Assembly: GCA_035461245.1 (NCBI GenBank)
Contig: DATHVP010000148.1
Location: forward strand, 75-64,074
Length of the DNA: 64,000 nt
Reading direction: 5' to 3'
Source: Longimicrobiales bacterium
GTDB taxonomy: Bacteria > Gemmatimonadota > Gemmatimonadetes > Longimicrobiales > RSA9
Below, one piece after another: positions 1 through 8,716 of the stretch. The translations under genes and the position numbers were made by a program. Within the stretch, counting starts at the first letter, position 1. Every line of letters begins with the position of its first letter. Below the pieces are notes generated by a model, which ran no database searches, was not told where the DNA came from, and saw only the letters and a list, made by a program, of their open reading frames with translations.

Positions 1-265
1 GACGTGTGCGTCCCTGTGCTCGCGATACGCCGGCCTTCGCGAGCTGCGGCGAGGTGTCGGGTGCAGCACGGTGCCAGCTGGACACGCAGACGTCGACTCC
101 AGCGCTCAGTGCCGTGTCCCCGACATAGGCACCCCACGCTGCTCGGCTGACGTAGTCTGAATACGCCATTTCGCGAGCGACCCGGCGATCGAGCTGGGCG
201 CTCGGAAGCCGCCTGCCCGGAAGGCCGCAACGCACCAGGCGCGGCCGCTTGCAGTGGCCGTTGCA

Positions 266-1462
266 TCAGAGGGCAGCGAGCAGCGGTGTCCGGCTGATCC
301 GGGCGACGGACTGAGCGCGGTCCAGCCCATCCCCGAGGTCGCGCAGCAGATCGCGCGTCGACTCGATGCCGACGGACAGTCGTAGCAACGAGTCCGTAAT
401 GCCTGCCGTGTCCCGCGCAGCTGCGTCCATGGACGCGTGCGTCATCGTGGCCGGGTGCGCGATCAGGCTTTCTACGCCGCCGAGCGACTCGGCCAGTGTG
501 AAGCAGCGCAGGCCATCGAGCAGGGCGCGAACAGCCGGTTCGCCACCTGCCAGCTCGAACGACATCATGGCGCCGGCACCGAGCTGTTGACGCGCCGCAA
601 CATCGTGCCCCTCGTGCGTGGGCAGTCCGGGGTAGTACACATGCGTAACCGCATCGCTCCGTGTAAGCGCGTCCGCAACTGCCGCGGCGTTCTCGAGGTG
701 CACGGCCATGCGCGCATGCAGGGTGCGCAAGCCGCGCAGTGTCAGGTACGCATCGAACGGCGCACCCGCCAGGCCGAGACAGTTGGCCCACCAGCTCAGC
801 TCGTCGAGAACTGCAGCTTCGCGTGCCACGACGGCTCCACCGACAACATCGCTGTGTCCGTTCAGGTACTTCGTCGTCGAATGAAGCACAATATCTGCGC
901 CGAGGTCGATGGGACGCTGCAGTGCCGGGGAAAGGAACGTGTTGTCGGCGACTACAACTGTACCACAGTCGTGACCTGCCTCCGCAAGTGCGGCGATATC
1001 GGCGATCCGCAGAAGCGGATTGCTCGGCGTCTCGATCCACAGCAGGCGTGGCTGACGGCTTCTCACCTTTGCCGGCCCGTCTGCTGCTGTCATGTCAACA
1101 CACTCCACGTCGAAGTTGCCGCGGCTGGCAAGCGCCCGCAGCAGGCGGTGCGTGCCACCATAGCAGTCGTGCGGCGCGAGGAGCAGGTCGCCCGGTCGCA
1201 GCAACTGCACGACGAGCGTTACAGCAGCCATGCCGGATGCAGTAACAACACCTCCATATGCGCCTTCGAGCTCAGCAATTGCAGCAGCCAGGTGGTCACG
1301 GGTCGGATTTCCGGAGCGGGTGTAGTCGTACTCCCGCTTTCCATCGAAACCGGCGAAGCTGAAGTTCGCCGAGAGATGGATCGGCGGCACCACCGCGCCA
1401 TGGTGCGGATCGCTCTCGATACCAGCGCGCACGGCACATGTCCTTGAGTCGTCGATTTTCAC
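266..1462 (-). CDS. metB: Cystathionine gamma-synthase / Cys-Met metabolism PLP-dependent enzyme (MetB-like)
   Basis: 398-aa ORF that resembles E. coli MetB along its whole length (VVPPIHLS, SGNPTR, SPSNPLLR, PLP-lysine motif HSTTKYLNGHSD, LAESLGGVESL). The GTG start overlaps the metX stop (GTGA). Confidence 0.85.
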   Translation of the reverse strand: MKIDDSRTCAVRAGIESDPHHGAVVPPIHLSANFSFAGFDGKREYDYTRSGNPTRDHLAAAIAELEGAYGGVVTASGMAAVTLVVQLLRPGDLLLAPHDCYGGTHRLLRALASRGNFDVECVDMTAADGPAKVRSRQPRLLWIETPSNPLLRIADIAALAEAGHDCGTVVVADNTFLSPALQRPIDLGADIVLHSTTKYLNGHSDVVGGAVVAREAAVLDELSWWANCLGLAGAPFDAYLTLRGLRTLHARMAVHLENAAAVADALTRSDAVTHVYYPGLPTHEGHDVAARQQLGAGAMMSFELAGGEPAVRALLDGLRCFTLAESLGGVESLIAHPATMTHASMDAAARDTAGITDSLLRLSVGIESTRDLLRDLGDGLDRAQSVARISRTPLLAAL

Positions 1463-2475
1463 ACCACACCTCCGCGCGTAAGTATTCGGGTCAGCGTTGC
1501 AGTCATGGCAGTGGTCTCCTTGAGAAACGCGTCGTGGCCGTACATGGAAGTGATCTCAACCAGTCCGTCAGGTACCGGCAGCTGCCGGTGCAGCGCGCGC
1601 AGCTGCGCCGCTGGCACGAGTGTGTCCGAATCGAAGGCAATCAGCGTTGTCGGCACAGTAACGGACGCTGGATCTACTGCATGCAGGTCGAGCGATTCGG
1701 AGAGGCACAGGAATGCGTCGGGTGGAAACACCTGGGCGAACTGGCTGCCGCAGTGCTCGAGGTAGTCCTCGACCTCGAAACGCGCGGGGAAGGTGCCGGC
1801 AACGGGCCCTGCCCCAAATCGGGTCGCGAATTCATCAGCAGTGCGGTATGTGGTCAGCGCGATGCCCCGCGCAATCGAAACCGCCTCTGTCGCGGCGCCC
1901 GTCTCCAAACCGAGACGCACAATACGGCGCTGCAGTGTACGCAGCGCAGTCGCCATTGGATGGCTTCGCTCGGCTGCTGCGATAGCAATGACGCGTTCGA
2001 CGCGCACGGTATCCATGGCCGCAAGCGCAAGCGCGACCATGCCGCCGTACGACGCGCCTATCACGACTGCGGCGCGATCAATGCCGAGATGATCGAGTGC
2101 GGCGGTGACGGCGCGGGCCTGATCGTGCGTTGTTACCGGTATCCGTCGCCCTCCCGCAAACCTGAATACGGGTGGACCGCTCGATGTACCGGCACCTCCG
2201 AGCCAATCAATTGAGAGCACGCGCGACTGGCGGGTATCGACAGGGAGCCCGGCTCCGACTATCGCATCCCACCAGCCTGGGCGTCGGTCGTGGGCATGTG
2301 CAGCGACATGACGGCGGGCGGATATACCCCCCAGCACGATGATGACCGGTGCGCTGTCTTCGCCTGCGAGCTCGAAACCCACGTTGACGTCGATCACGGT
2401 ACCATGATCGAGCCGGAGCGGTATAGCAGACCGGATCGTCCCGGTCGGTGCAGGGGGATGGGGTACCGTCCTCAT
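1459..2475 (-). CDS. metX: Homoserine O-acyltransferase (MetX-type alpha/beta hydrolase)
   Basis: The ORF track gives 1459..2805. I start at the ATG at 2475 (MRTVPH...), which forms an ATGA overlap with the upstream gene's stop. MetX-like segments are VIIVLGGISA, nucleophile elbow GASYGGMVAL and C-terminal SMYGHDAFL. Confidence 0.85.
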   Translation of the reverse strand: MRTVPHPPAPTGTIRSAIPLRLDHGTVIDVNVGFELAGEDSAPVIIVLGGISARRHVAAHAHDRRPGWWDAIVGAGLPVDTRQSRVLSIDWLGGAGTSSGPPVFRFAGGRRIPVTTHDQARAVTAALDHLGIDRAAVVIGASYGGMVALALAAMDTVRVERVIAIAAAERSHPMATALRTLQRRIVRLGLETGAATEAVSIARGIALTTYRTADEFATRFGAGPVAGTFPARFEVEDYLEHCGSQFAQVFPPDAFLCLSESLDLHAVDPASVTVPTTLIAFDSDTLVPAAQLRALHRQLPVPDGLVEITSMYGHDAFLKETTAMTATLTRILTRGGVV

Positions 2476-3323
2476 GCGGAACGCTCGACTTTGGGCAGGG
2501 CAGCTGGTGCGACTCCCGGCGGTACCGGCGCGCAGGCGACGTGCCGTGCACTGTTGACCTGCCGCGCGGGTGGGCCTGACACCAACGTGGCCGGCGGCTG
2601 ATTCAGCCGAGAGCGGAAATGGTAGACACGCAGCGGCACGCCCCTGCGCGCGGCATGACACGCAGCATCGGCGTGCACGACGCGGCCGCCGCGCTGGGCA
2701 AGGCTGACCAGCGCCGCGTGCGTCATGCGGTCGAACCGCCGAGCGTCCGGTGTGGTTTGCGGATCCGCGTTGTATATGCCATCGACGTCGGTCACGATAT
2801 GACACTCGGCCGCAAGCGCGCCGGCGATTGCGACGGCTGTCAGGTCTGAGGCACCGCGGCCGAGCGTCACCGTCTCGCCATCGGCACGCACGGCCTGAAA
2901 GCCGGCCACCACCGGCACGGTGCCGGCATCAAGCAGCGTCCGCAGTTTCTCGCCACAGACCCTGTGCAGCTCGCCAGCGCGGTGCTCACCCGTCGCTTCG
3001 ATTCCAGCTTCGCCGCCTCTCAGGCTCAGGGCGGGCACATCGACCGAGCCGAGTGCTGCAGCCAGCAGCGCGGCGGCGAGGTCCTCACCCGTCGCCAGAG
3101 CCCGGTCATGCTCGCGGCCGGATGCTCGCTCTCGCGCTGCAGCGGGTGCCGACGTGTCCAGCCATCGCGTGATGCGATCGGTCGTCGAGCCCGGTGCACT
3201 CACCACCACCACAACCGCGCGACCTTCACGGCGGTGCCGCCGCACCCGCAGCGCCGCTCTGCGCAGCCGGTTCGGGGTGCCGAGCGACGTTCCGCCAAAT
3301 TTGAGCACAAGCGTCTGCGACAT
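2472..3323 (-). CDS. Aspartate kinase, catalytic (amino-acid kinase) domain only, no ACT domains
   Basis: 283-aa ORF with N-terminal VLKFGGTSLG and an internal DVDGIYNADP motif of the aspartokinase/amino-acid kinase fold. It ends about where the ACT domains normally begin. A GGGAAGG Shine-Dalgarno lies about 7 nt before the ATG at 3323. Confidence 0.75.
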   Translation of the reverse strand: MSQTLVLKFGGTSLGTPNRLRRAALRVRRHRREGRAVVVVVSAPGSTTDRITRWLDTSAPAAARERASGREHDRALATGEDLAAALLAAALGSVDVPALSLRGGEAGIEATGEHRAGELHRVCGEKLRTLLDAGTVPVVAGFQAVRADGETVTLGRGASDLTAVAIAGALAAECHIVTDVDGIYNADPQTTPDARRFDRMTHAALVSLAQRGGRVVHADAACHAARRGVPLRVYHFRSRLNQPPATLVSGPPARQVNSARHVACAPVPPGVAPAALPKVERSA

Positions 3324-3357
3324 GGCTTGCCTTCCCGATTCAGGGTAACCAAGGGGT

Positions 3358-3395
3358 ATAAAAAAGCCCGGCCCTCTCGCTGGAGAGGGCCGGGC
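3358..3395 (-). terminator. Intrinsic terminator/attenuator hairpin in the met operon leader
   Basis: The minus strand reads GCCCGGCCCUCUC-CAGC-GAGAGGGCCGGGC, a 13-bp perfect stem followed by UUUUUU. It ends about 35 nt upstream of the aspartokinase start codon. Confidence 0.75.
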
Positions 3396-3419
3396 GCTAT
3401 TGAACAGAATGTTCTCAGT

Positions 3420-3512
3420 TCATCTTTCGCGCTGGCACGCGCGAACGCCCGTCCGCCCCTCCCCCCGGAGGATCGTCGTCATTCGCATCATCATTCGCGT
3501 GCCGAACTTCAT
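3420..3512 (-). CDS. Putative attenuator leader peptide, 30 aa (MKFGTRMMMRMTTILRGEGRTGVRACQRER)
   Basis: Small minus-strand ORF found by hand translation. An AAGGA sits 9 nt upstream of the ATG at 3512. Four Met codons fall within 5 positions, followed by Thr-Thr-Ile. The stop lies 24 nt before the terminator stem. Confidence 0.45.
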   Translation of the reverse strand: MKFGTRMMMRMTTILRGEGRTGVRACQRER

Positions 3513-4178
3513 TGCTACAAGTCCTTCGCGGAGTCAAGCCGGTACAAACAGAACGCCCGGACGGAGATGCGCCGCCGGGCATCGCTTTTTAGCATTTGTT
3601 TAACGTGGCTGCAATAGGCGGCAACTCACCACGACGACTCTGTTCGTCCAGAATAGGGCACGGCCACGATGCTGTCAAGCAGGCTGCTCTCGGACTTGCG
3701 TGGCCGTAAGAAGTAAACGGGGCGATACCGTCATCGAGCCGGCCACGGGCTACGCGATCGGCCGTGTGCTGCCGGACCTGCGGCGCGGCCAGACGCAGGT
3801 GGTTGCCATTGGCAGTGCTCTGAACCGCCGGGCCTGCTGGCGGCAGCCGCGCTGGCCCTGGCGCGGGCGCACATCCTTTCCTACGCTGGCGAGGTCTCCA
3901 TCCTGCCCGACGGCCGCCTCGATCCGGCGGCGGTGGCGGTTCGGGTGGCGGCGCGGTCGCGGAAGCAGGCGCATCATGTCCGAACGACCGGACCGTACGC
4001 GTCGGATCACGAGTAGCGGTCCTGACGGGGCGCCGCCGCCGCGACCGGAGCAAGTGGCCGCCGGAGCGTGATATCCATCCGGCCCGCAGGGGCCCCTGCC
4101 CGGTCATGCTGCCGCGGGGCACTTCTCTTGCACGCCGCGGGGATCCGAACCGGTTCCACTCCAGAACGGCCAGCGACA

Positions 4179-5561
4179 ATGAAAGCCATGCACTGTCCGC
4201 GACTCTTCCCCGGGGCCCTGACCCTCCTGACCGCGACGCTCGTGACCGCCTGCGCCACGGCCCGCCCTGAGGGCGCGCCGGTGCCATCGCCCCCGCTCCC
4301 GCAGGGCGATGCCGCCGAACTCACGGCCTGGGTCGAAGCCGTGTGTGATGCGGCGAATACGCGCACCGCGTGCCGGGAGTCGGCCCTGGTACGGGTCGCC
4401 GAGGAACGGGGCATCGCCGCCGCCATGGACGTGGTCGCGCGCCTGGGGCTGACGGACTCTGACGGGCACGCTGCCAGCCACATGATCGGCATCCGCGGGT
4501 ACCGGGGCGTCGAGTCGGCCGCCGAGGACTTCGCGTCATGTACGACGCTGCACCAGTCGGGCTGCTACCACGGCGTCGTGCAGGCGTACTTCGCCGACCT
4601 GCGCCAGGCCCCAGGCCCGGACCGCATGGACGAGGAGACCGTCAGCGCACTGTGCGCGCCGTACCGTGACCTGGAGAACGGGTACTGGTCCCTGTTCCAG
4701 TGCATCCATGGCGTGGGGCACGGGGTGATGCTCGTGCACGACCACCATCTGCCGCGGGCGCTGGAGACGTGCGATCTCCTGCCCACCAGCTGGGAACGCG
4801 AATCCTGTTACGGGGGCGCATTCATGGAGAGCGCCGTCACTGCCCTGACCCCACACCACGACCATTCCGCCGTTGCCCTCGCCGGGCGGGAGCCGGCTCG
4901 CGCCGAGCACGACGATCACGCCCATCACGCCTCTCATGGCGCAGCCGGTGGCGCTGCGGACCCGTTCCCGGCCATCAACCCCGACGACCTGCACTACCCA
5001 TGCAGCGTGCTGGACGCCCGCTACCTGAAGGCCTGCTACGACATGCAGACCGCCACCATGCTCTACCTCCTGAACCAGGATATCGCCGCGACGGCGGCCG
5101 CCTGCCGGGAGGCGCCGGACGCGATCCTGCGCGCCGTGTGTCATCGCAGCCTGGGCCGGGACATCAACGCCATCACGGGCGGCGAGCATACCCGGTCCGT
5201 GGCCCTGTGCGGGCAGGCCGCGCCAGCGGACCGGCCATCCTGCCATACCGGGGTGGTGAAGAACGTCATTGACGTAACGGCAGACGCCGCGTCAGGCGCG
5301 GCCTACTGCGAACGGGTCCCGGCCGGGAGCGAGCGGGAGGCGTGCTACCGGGCCATCGGCGAGCAAACGACGGTGCTGATCCCCCGCCTGGCGGACCGAG
5401 CCCGCTTCTGCCTCTCGTTCGACGGCGCCAACCGGACGGCGTGCATGGCAGGCGCGCGGGCGGACTCCTCCTCGGCGACGCCGGCACCTGGCGATCCTCC
5501 TGTCGCAGTCACCGGCCCAGGGGGGACGCAGACCGCGGCGTCGATCCCGCGAGGGCGATGA
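4179..5561 (+). CDS. Hypothetical Cys-motif-repeat, His-rich lipoprotein
   Basis: In-frame ATG at 4179 gives MKAMHCPRLFPGALTLLTATLVTAC, a signal peptide plus lipobox. It carries seven repeats of C-[YH]-x-G-like motifs and a His-rich block (HHDH...EHDDHAHHASH). No family was recognised. Confidence 0.6.
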   Translation: MKAMHCPRLFPGALTLLTATLVTACATARPEGAPVPSPPLPQGDAAELTAWVEAVCDAANTRTACRESALVRVAEERGIAAAMDVVARLGLTDSDGHAASHMIGIRGYRGVESAAEDFASCTTLHQSGCYHGVVQAYFADLRQAPGPDRMDEETVSALCAPYRDLENGYWSLFQCIHGVGHGVMLVHDHHLPRALETCDLLPTSWERESCYGGAFMESAVTALTPHHDHSAVALAGREPARAEHDDHAHHASHGAAGGAADPFPAINPDDLHYPCSVLDARYLKACYDMQTATMLYLLNQDIAATAAACREAPDAILRAVCHRSLGRDINAITGGEHTRSVALCGQAAPADRPSCHTGVVKNVIDVTADAASGAAYCERVPAGSEREACYRAIGEQTTVLIPRLADRARFCLSFDGANRTACMAGARADSSSATPAPGDPPVAVTGPGGTQTAASIPRGR

Positions 5562-6229
5562 TGCCGACTGACCTGGCGCTGGACCCGGGGGCGACTGCAC
5601 TGCGAGGCGCAACGCGTGGCGGCCGTGGGGGCGGCGCCAGGCTCTAACCCCGCGGCGCGGCGCGGAGCCGGGCGTGAACGCCGGGCTCGGTTCCCTGGCT
5701 GCAAGCACACCCCCTCAGCTCGGCAGCGATCTGCCTCACCGGAGTGCTCGTGCCCCCGTGCGCCAGCACCGCTCGCTGTGTTCCTTGCCTCCCTGCCGTT
5801 CGCGGCCAGCTCGACGTCCGCATACCCCAGCGTCGCCCCGCCCACACTGACACGGATGCGGTAGCGGTTGCCGACCACCGCACTGGTCTGGTCCGTGTGC
5901 CAGTTGACGATATAGCGCTCGTCGGTGTCGGAACGGCGCACCCGCTCCGATCCGGCGCCATCGGTCATGGAGAAAGTGGCGTGCAACTCGCCGCACGCTG
6001 TCGATTCGCAGATCTCCACAACCGGGGAGACCGTGGCGTCGAACGTCCCGCCGAAGGACGGAGCCTTCACCATGGGCGGCAGGAAGTAGAAGCCGGCCAG
6101 GCCGCCGCGGGCGGCGTCGAAAACGACCGCCTGAGGGCCTGGCTCCTGATTGATGCCCTGCGGTTCGGTGGCGCTGTCGCAGGCCATGAAGGCCAGCGCA
6201 GCGACTATGAAGGTCGTGAATCGGCGCAT
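5345..6229 (-). CDS. Hypothetical lipoprotein (C-terminal third doubtful)
   Basis: The ATG at 6229 gives MRRFTTFIVAALAFMAC, a lipoprotein signal. The first roughly 150 aa look protein-like. The Arg-rich tail overlaps the convergent gene 4179..5561 by 217 bp. Confidence 0.45.
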   Translation of the reverse strand: MRRFTTFIVAALAFMACDSATEPQGINQEPGPQAVVFDAARGGLAGFYFLPPMVKAPSFGGTFDATVSPVVEICESTACGELHATFSMTDGAGSERVRRSDTDERYIVNWHTDQTSAVVGNRYRIRVSVGGATLGYADVELAANGREARNTASGAGARGHEHSGEADRCRAEGVCLQPGNRARRSRPAPRRAAGLEPGAAPTAATRCASQCSRPRVQRQVSRHHRPRGIDAAVCVPPGPVTATGGSPGAGVAEEESARAPAMHAVRLAPSNERQKRARSARRGISTVVCSPMAR

Positions 6230-6624
6230 GAGTGATCTCCGGCCAGGGGGTCGCGAAAGCTCGTCACATGGCCAAGGAGGAGGGCACGGGTAGGACCACC
6301 GGGCGCGCATGCCGCAGGGTGTTGCAGGGGTTGGGTTTGACGTTTCGGCCGTCAGACGCGGCGTAACGCTTCGATCCGCCCAGGCCGCGGATCGTTACGG
6401 CGGGGTGGACGCCCGCCAGGCGACCGTACCCGACGGCCGGGCAATCGCAATTGATTGGCTCGCCGGGCGCCGTGGCTCCTGCGACCTGGTTGCCTGCGGC
6501 AATCCTGTCGAGCACTGCCGTGGTCGCCGTGGTGTTAGCGAAGCTTGCGAATCGGCGGCGTTGTGGCAGTCAGCGACGGTGGGACTTAATGCGGTAGCGC
6601 GACGTCGGAGCACTGGACCGACCC

Positions 6625-7911
6625 TCAGCCCATCGACCGCAGGCCGAGCGCCTCCAGCATCTCCGCACGCGCGCCCGCGTCGCATTCCAGCGTCACCGCG
6701 TCACGGACGGCCTCGATAGCGTCAGCCGTGCCGATCTGCTCAAGCGCCCACGCTGCGTGGGACCGCACCACCGGCTCCAGGTCACGCAACGCGGCAGCCA
6801 GCACTGGCACCGCCTCCCCCGCCCCCCAGTTCCCCAGCGCCACCGCCACGTTCCGCTTCAGCCCCGCGTACCCAGCACGCCGTATCGCCGACCCCCGAGT
6901 CCACTCATCCCACTCCTCATACGTCATCCGCATGAGCGAGATCAGCGATGGCAGCGTGGTGCCCGGAAGTTCGCCCGCTGTCCCCGCCCGTTCCCGTTTA
7001 CGTAAACGTTCCCGTTCCCGTTCCCGGCCGTCGAAGTCCGGCTCGCGCGTCAACGCCACGAACTTCGACGAGTTCCACGGACACACCTCCTGGCAGATAT
7101 CGCAACCGAACACCCGGTTCGTCATCAGACTCCGCAGTTCCCGCGGGATGGGGCCCCGATGCTCGATGGTCAGGTAGGAGATGCACCGCGTCGCGTCCAT
7201 CACCGGTGCACCATTCGCGTCGCGCCCCAGCAACGCGCCCGTCGGGCAGGCAGACACGCAGGCGGAACACGTGCCGCAGTGGTCGGCGCCGAATGGCGTG
7301 TCCGGCGCCAGCTCGATGTCCAGGAGCAGCGAGCCCAGAAAGAAGTATGATCCCTTCCGCGGATGTATGAGCATGGTGTTGTGCCCGAACCAGCCCAGCC
7401 CCGCCCGCTGTGCGAGTTCCCGCTCCAGCACCGGCCCCGTGTCCACATACGCCCGGGCCATGGGTAACTCGCGGCCAAGTTCACCTTCCAGCCACGTCAG
7501 CAGTGCCAGCAGCTTCTTCTTCAGCACCTTGTGGTAATCCCGGCCGCGCGCATATCGCGCAATGACACCGCGGGACCCGTCGGCAGCAGCGTCGCTCGGA
7601 TTCACTGGACCGGCGGACGCGGGGTCATCAGCAGGGCGATCGTCGCCGGGATAGTAGTTCAACGCCACGACAACCGCCGACCGGAATCCCTCAGGGGCGA
7701 GTCGACGCGCCACTGCGTCTTCCCGCGCCAGGTACGCCATGGTCCCGTGGCGGCCCGCGGCGATCCATGACCGGTAGAAGGCCGAATGGTCGCTGGGACG
7801 CACATCCGTCACGCCCACCAGCTCGAACCCCAGGCGTCGCGCCTGCGCCTTGAGTTCCGTCGTCAGGAGCTGCGCGTCATCCGGTACCGTCTGGACATCA
7901 GTCTTCGACAT
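6625..7911 (-). CDS. queG: tRNA epoxyqueuosine(34) reductase
   Basis: 428 aa with two 4Fe-4S ferredoxin motifs (CGTCSACVSACPTGAL and CDICQEVCPWN) and a C-terminal HEAT-like repeat (PVVRSHAAWAL), which is the QueG architecture. Confidence 0.9.
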   Translation of the reverse strand: MSKTDVQTVPDDAQLLTTELKAQARRLGFELVGVTDVRPSDHSAFYRSWIAAGRHGTMAYLAREDAVARRLAPEGFRSAVVVALNYYPGDDRPADDPASAGPVNPSDAAADGSRGVIARYARGRDYHKVLKKKLLALLTWLEGELGRELPMARAYVDTGPVLERELAQRAGLGWFGHNTMLIHPRKGSYFFLGSLLLDIELAPDTPFGADHCGTCSACVSACPTGALLGRDANGAPVMDATRCISYLTIEHRGPIPRELRSLMTNRVFGCDICQEVCPWNSSKFVALTREPDFDGRERERERLRKRERAGTAGELPGTTLPSLISLMRMTYEEWDEWTRGSAIRRAGYAGLKRNVAVALGNWGAGEAVPVLAAALRDLEPVVRSHAAWALEQIGTADAIEAVRDAVTLECDAGARAEMLEALGLRSMG

Positions 7912-8049
7912 GAATCATGATACGCTTCAGGCAGGCGGAAGATCATCCATGAGCGCCCCCGGCCTCTCTGCCGGAACGAAACTTGTCAGTACACATGGTC
8001 AGTTACGTTCACCGCCTTAAAGGAGGCACACCAAATCGGAGGTTCCGCG

Positions 8050-8619
8050 ATGTACCGACTATGGATGTACCTACTTGTCCCCTCGCTGTTGGTGGCGACG
8101 GGATGCAGTCCTGATACCCAGGAGGCCGTCGAAGCTGACGCGCTCACACCTGAACAGATCGCGGCGCTGGCCGACCAGTACCCGCGCCTGAACGGCGAGG
8201 AACCGCTGCCGGAGCCGACACCGGGCGCCACGGCGGCGCCGACGAGCGTGCCTGACCGGGTCGCGCAGCGAGGTACTGAACGCGTCCTGCAGAGCGCCAG
8301 CGGCGGCGCCACGTTCTACGCCGACAAGTTTGAGGGGCAGCGTACGGCCAGCGGCATCCCGTTCCGGCAGAACCAGATGGTCGCCGCGCACCGCTCCTAC
8401 CCCTTCGGGACCATCCTGCGAGTGACTAACACGACGAACAACCGCTCGGTCAATGTGCGCGTAGTGGATCGGGGCCCGTTCGGGTCCGCATCCAACCAGC
8501 GCCGGGCCATCATCGACCTGTCCCGGCGCGCCGCGAATGAGCTTGGCTACGTCCAGGCCGGTCGGGCCCAGGTTGAAGTCGAGGTCCTCGAGTGGGGCCG
8601 CGGCGTGGCCACTTCCTGA
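8050..8619 (+). CDS. rlpA: Septal ring lytic transglycosylase RlpA family lipoprotein (DPBB domain)
   Basis: Lipoprotein signal LLVATGC. The RlpA core reads GGATFYADKFEGQRTASG...AAHRSYPFGTILRVTN...VNVRVVDRGPF. Confidence 0.85.
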   Translation: MYRLWMYLLVPSLLVATGCSPDTQEAVEADALTPEQIAALADQYPRLNGEEPLPEPTPGATAAPTSVPDRVAQRGTERVLQSASGGATFYADKFEGQRTASGIPFRQNQMVAAHRSYPFGTILRVTNTTNNRSVNVRVVDRGPFGSASNQRRAIIDLSRRAANELGYVQAGRAQVEVEVLEWGRGVATS

Positions 8620-8716
8620 TCGTCCGTCATTCACGTGAGGAGGCCCTGTCCCGCGACAGCGGGGCAGGGCCTTTCCAGACCAGCCGAGCCAGCGACCCGA
8701 CCCCTGCCGGAACGTG

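Noticed and set aside
1-265. Left-edge sequence and ORF 106..330 (-)
   Set aside because: There is too little sequence and no motif. The ORF overlaps the metB 3' end and looks like a shadow frame.
437-1447. 336-aa plus-strand ORF covering the metB locus
   Set aside because: It is antisense to a gene with clear full-length MetB similarity. Its Arg-rich, low-complexity composition is typical of shadow ORFs in high-GC DNA.
3396-3629. SAM-I or SAM-IV riboswitch in the met operon leader
   Set aside because: I could not find the conserved SAM-I/IV core segments (GGGA...UGGCCC, GGCAACC, GGUGCUAA) by eye. Only a tentative SAM-II-like resemblance remains, and it is reported separately at low confidence.
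3700-4071. 123-aa plus-strand ORF (and overlapping minus-strand ORFs) in the 580-bp gap between the met leader and the lipoprotein gene
   Set aside because: All are Arg/Pro-rich with no Shine-Dalgarno sequence, motif or signal peptide. I cannot support any as coding. The gap remains unexplained apart from promoter and leader functions.
6230-6624. ORFs 6264..6515 (-) and 6309..6719 (+) in the spacer downstream of queG
   Set aside because: Neither has a recognisable family, a signal peptide or a ribosome-binding site, and they overlap each other. This is treated as non-coding with low certainty.
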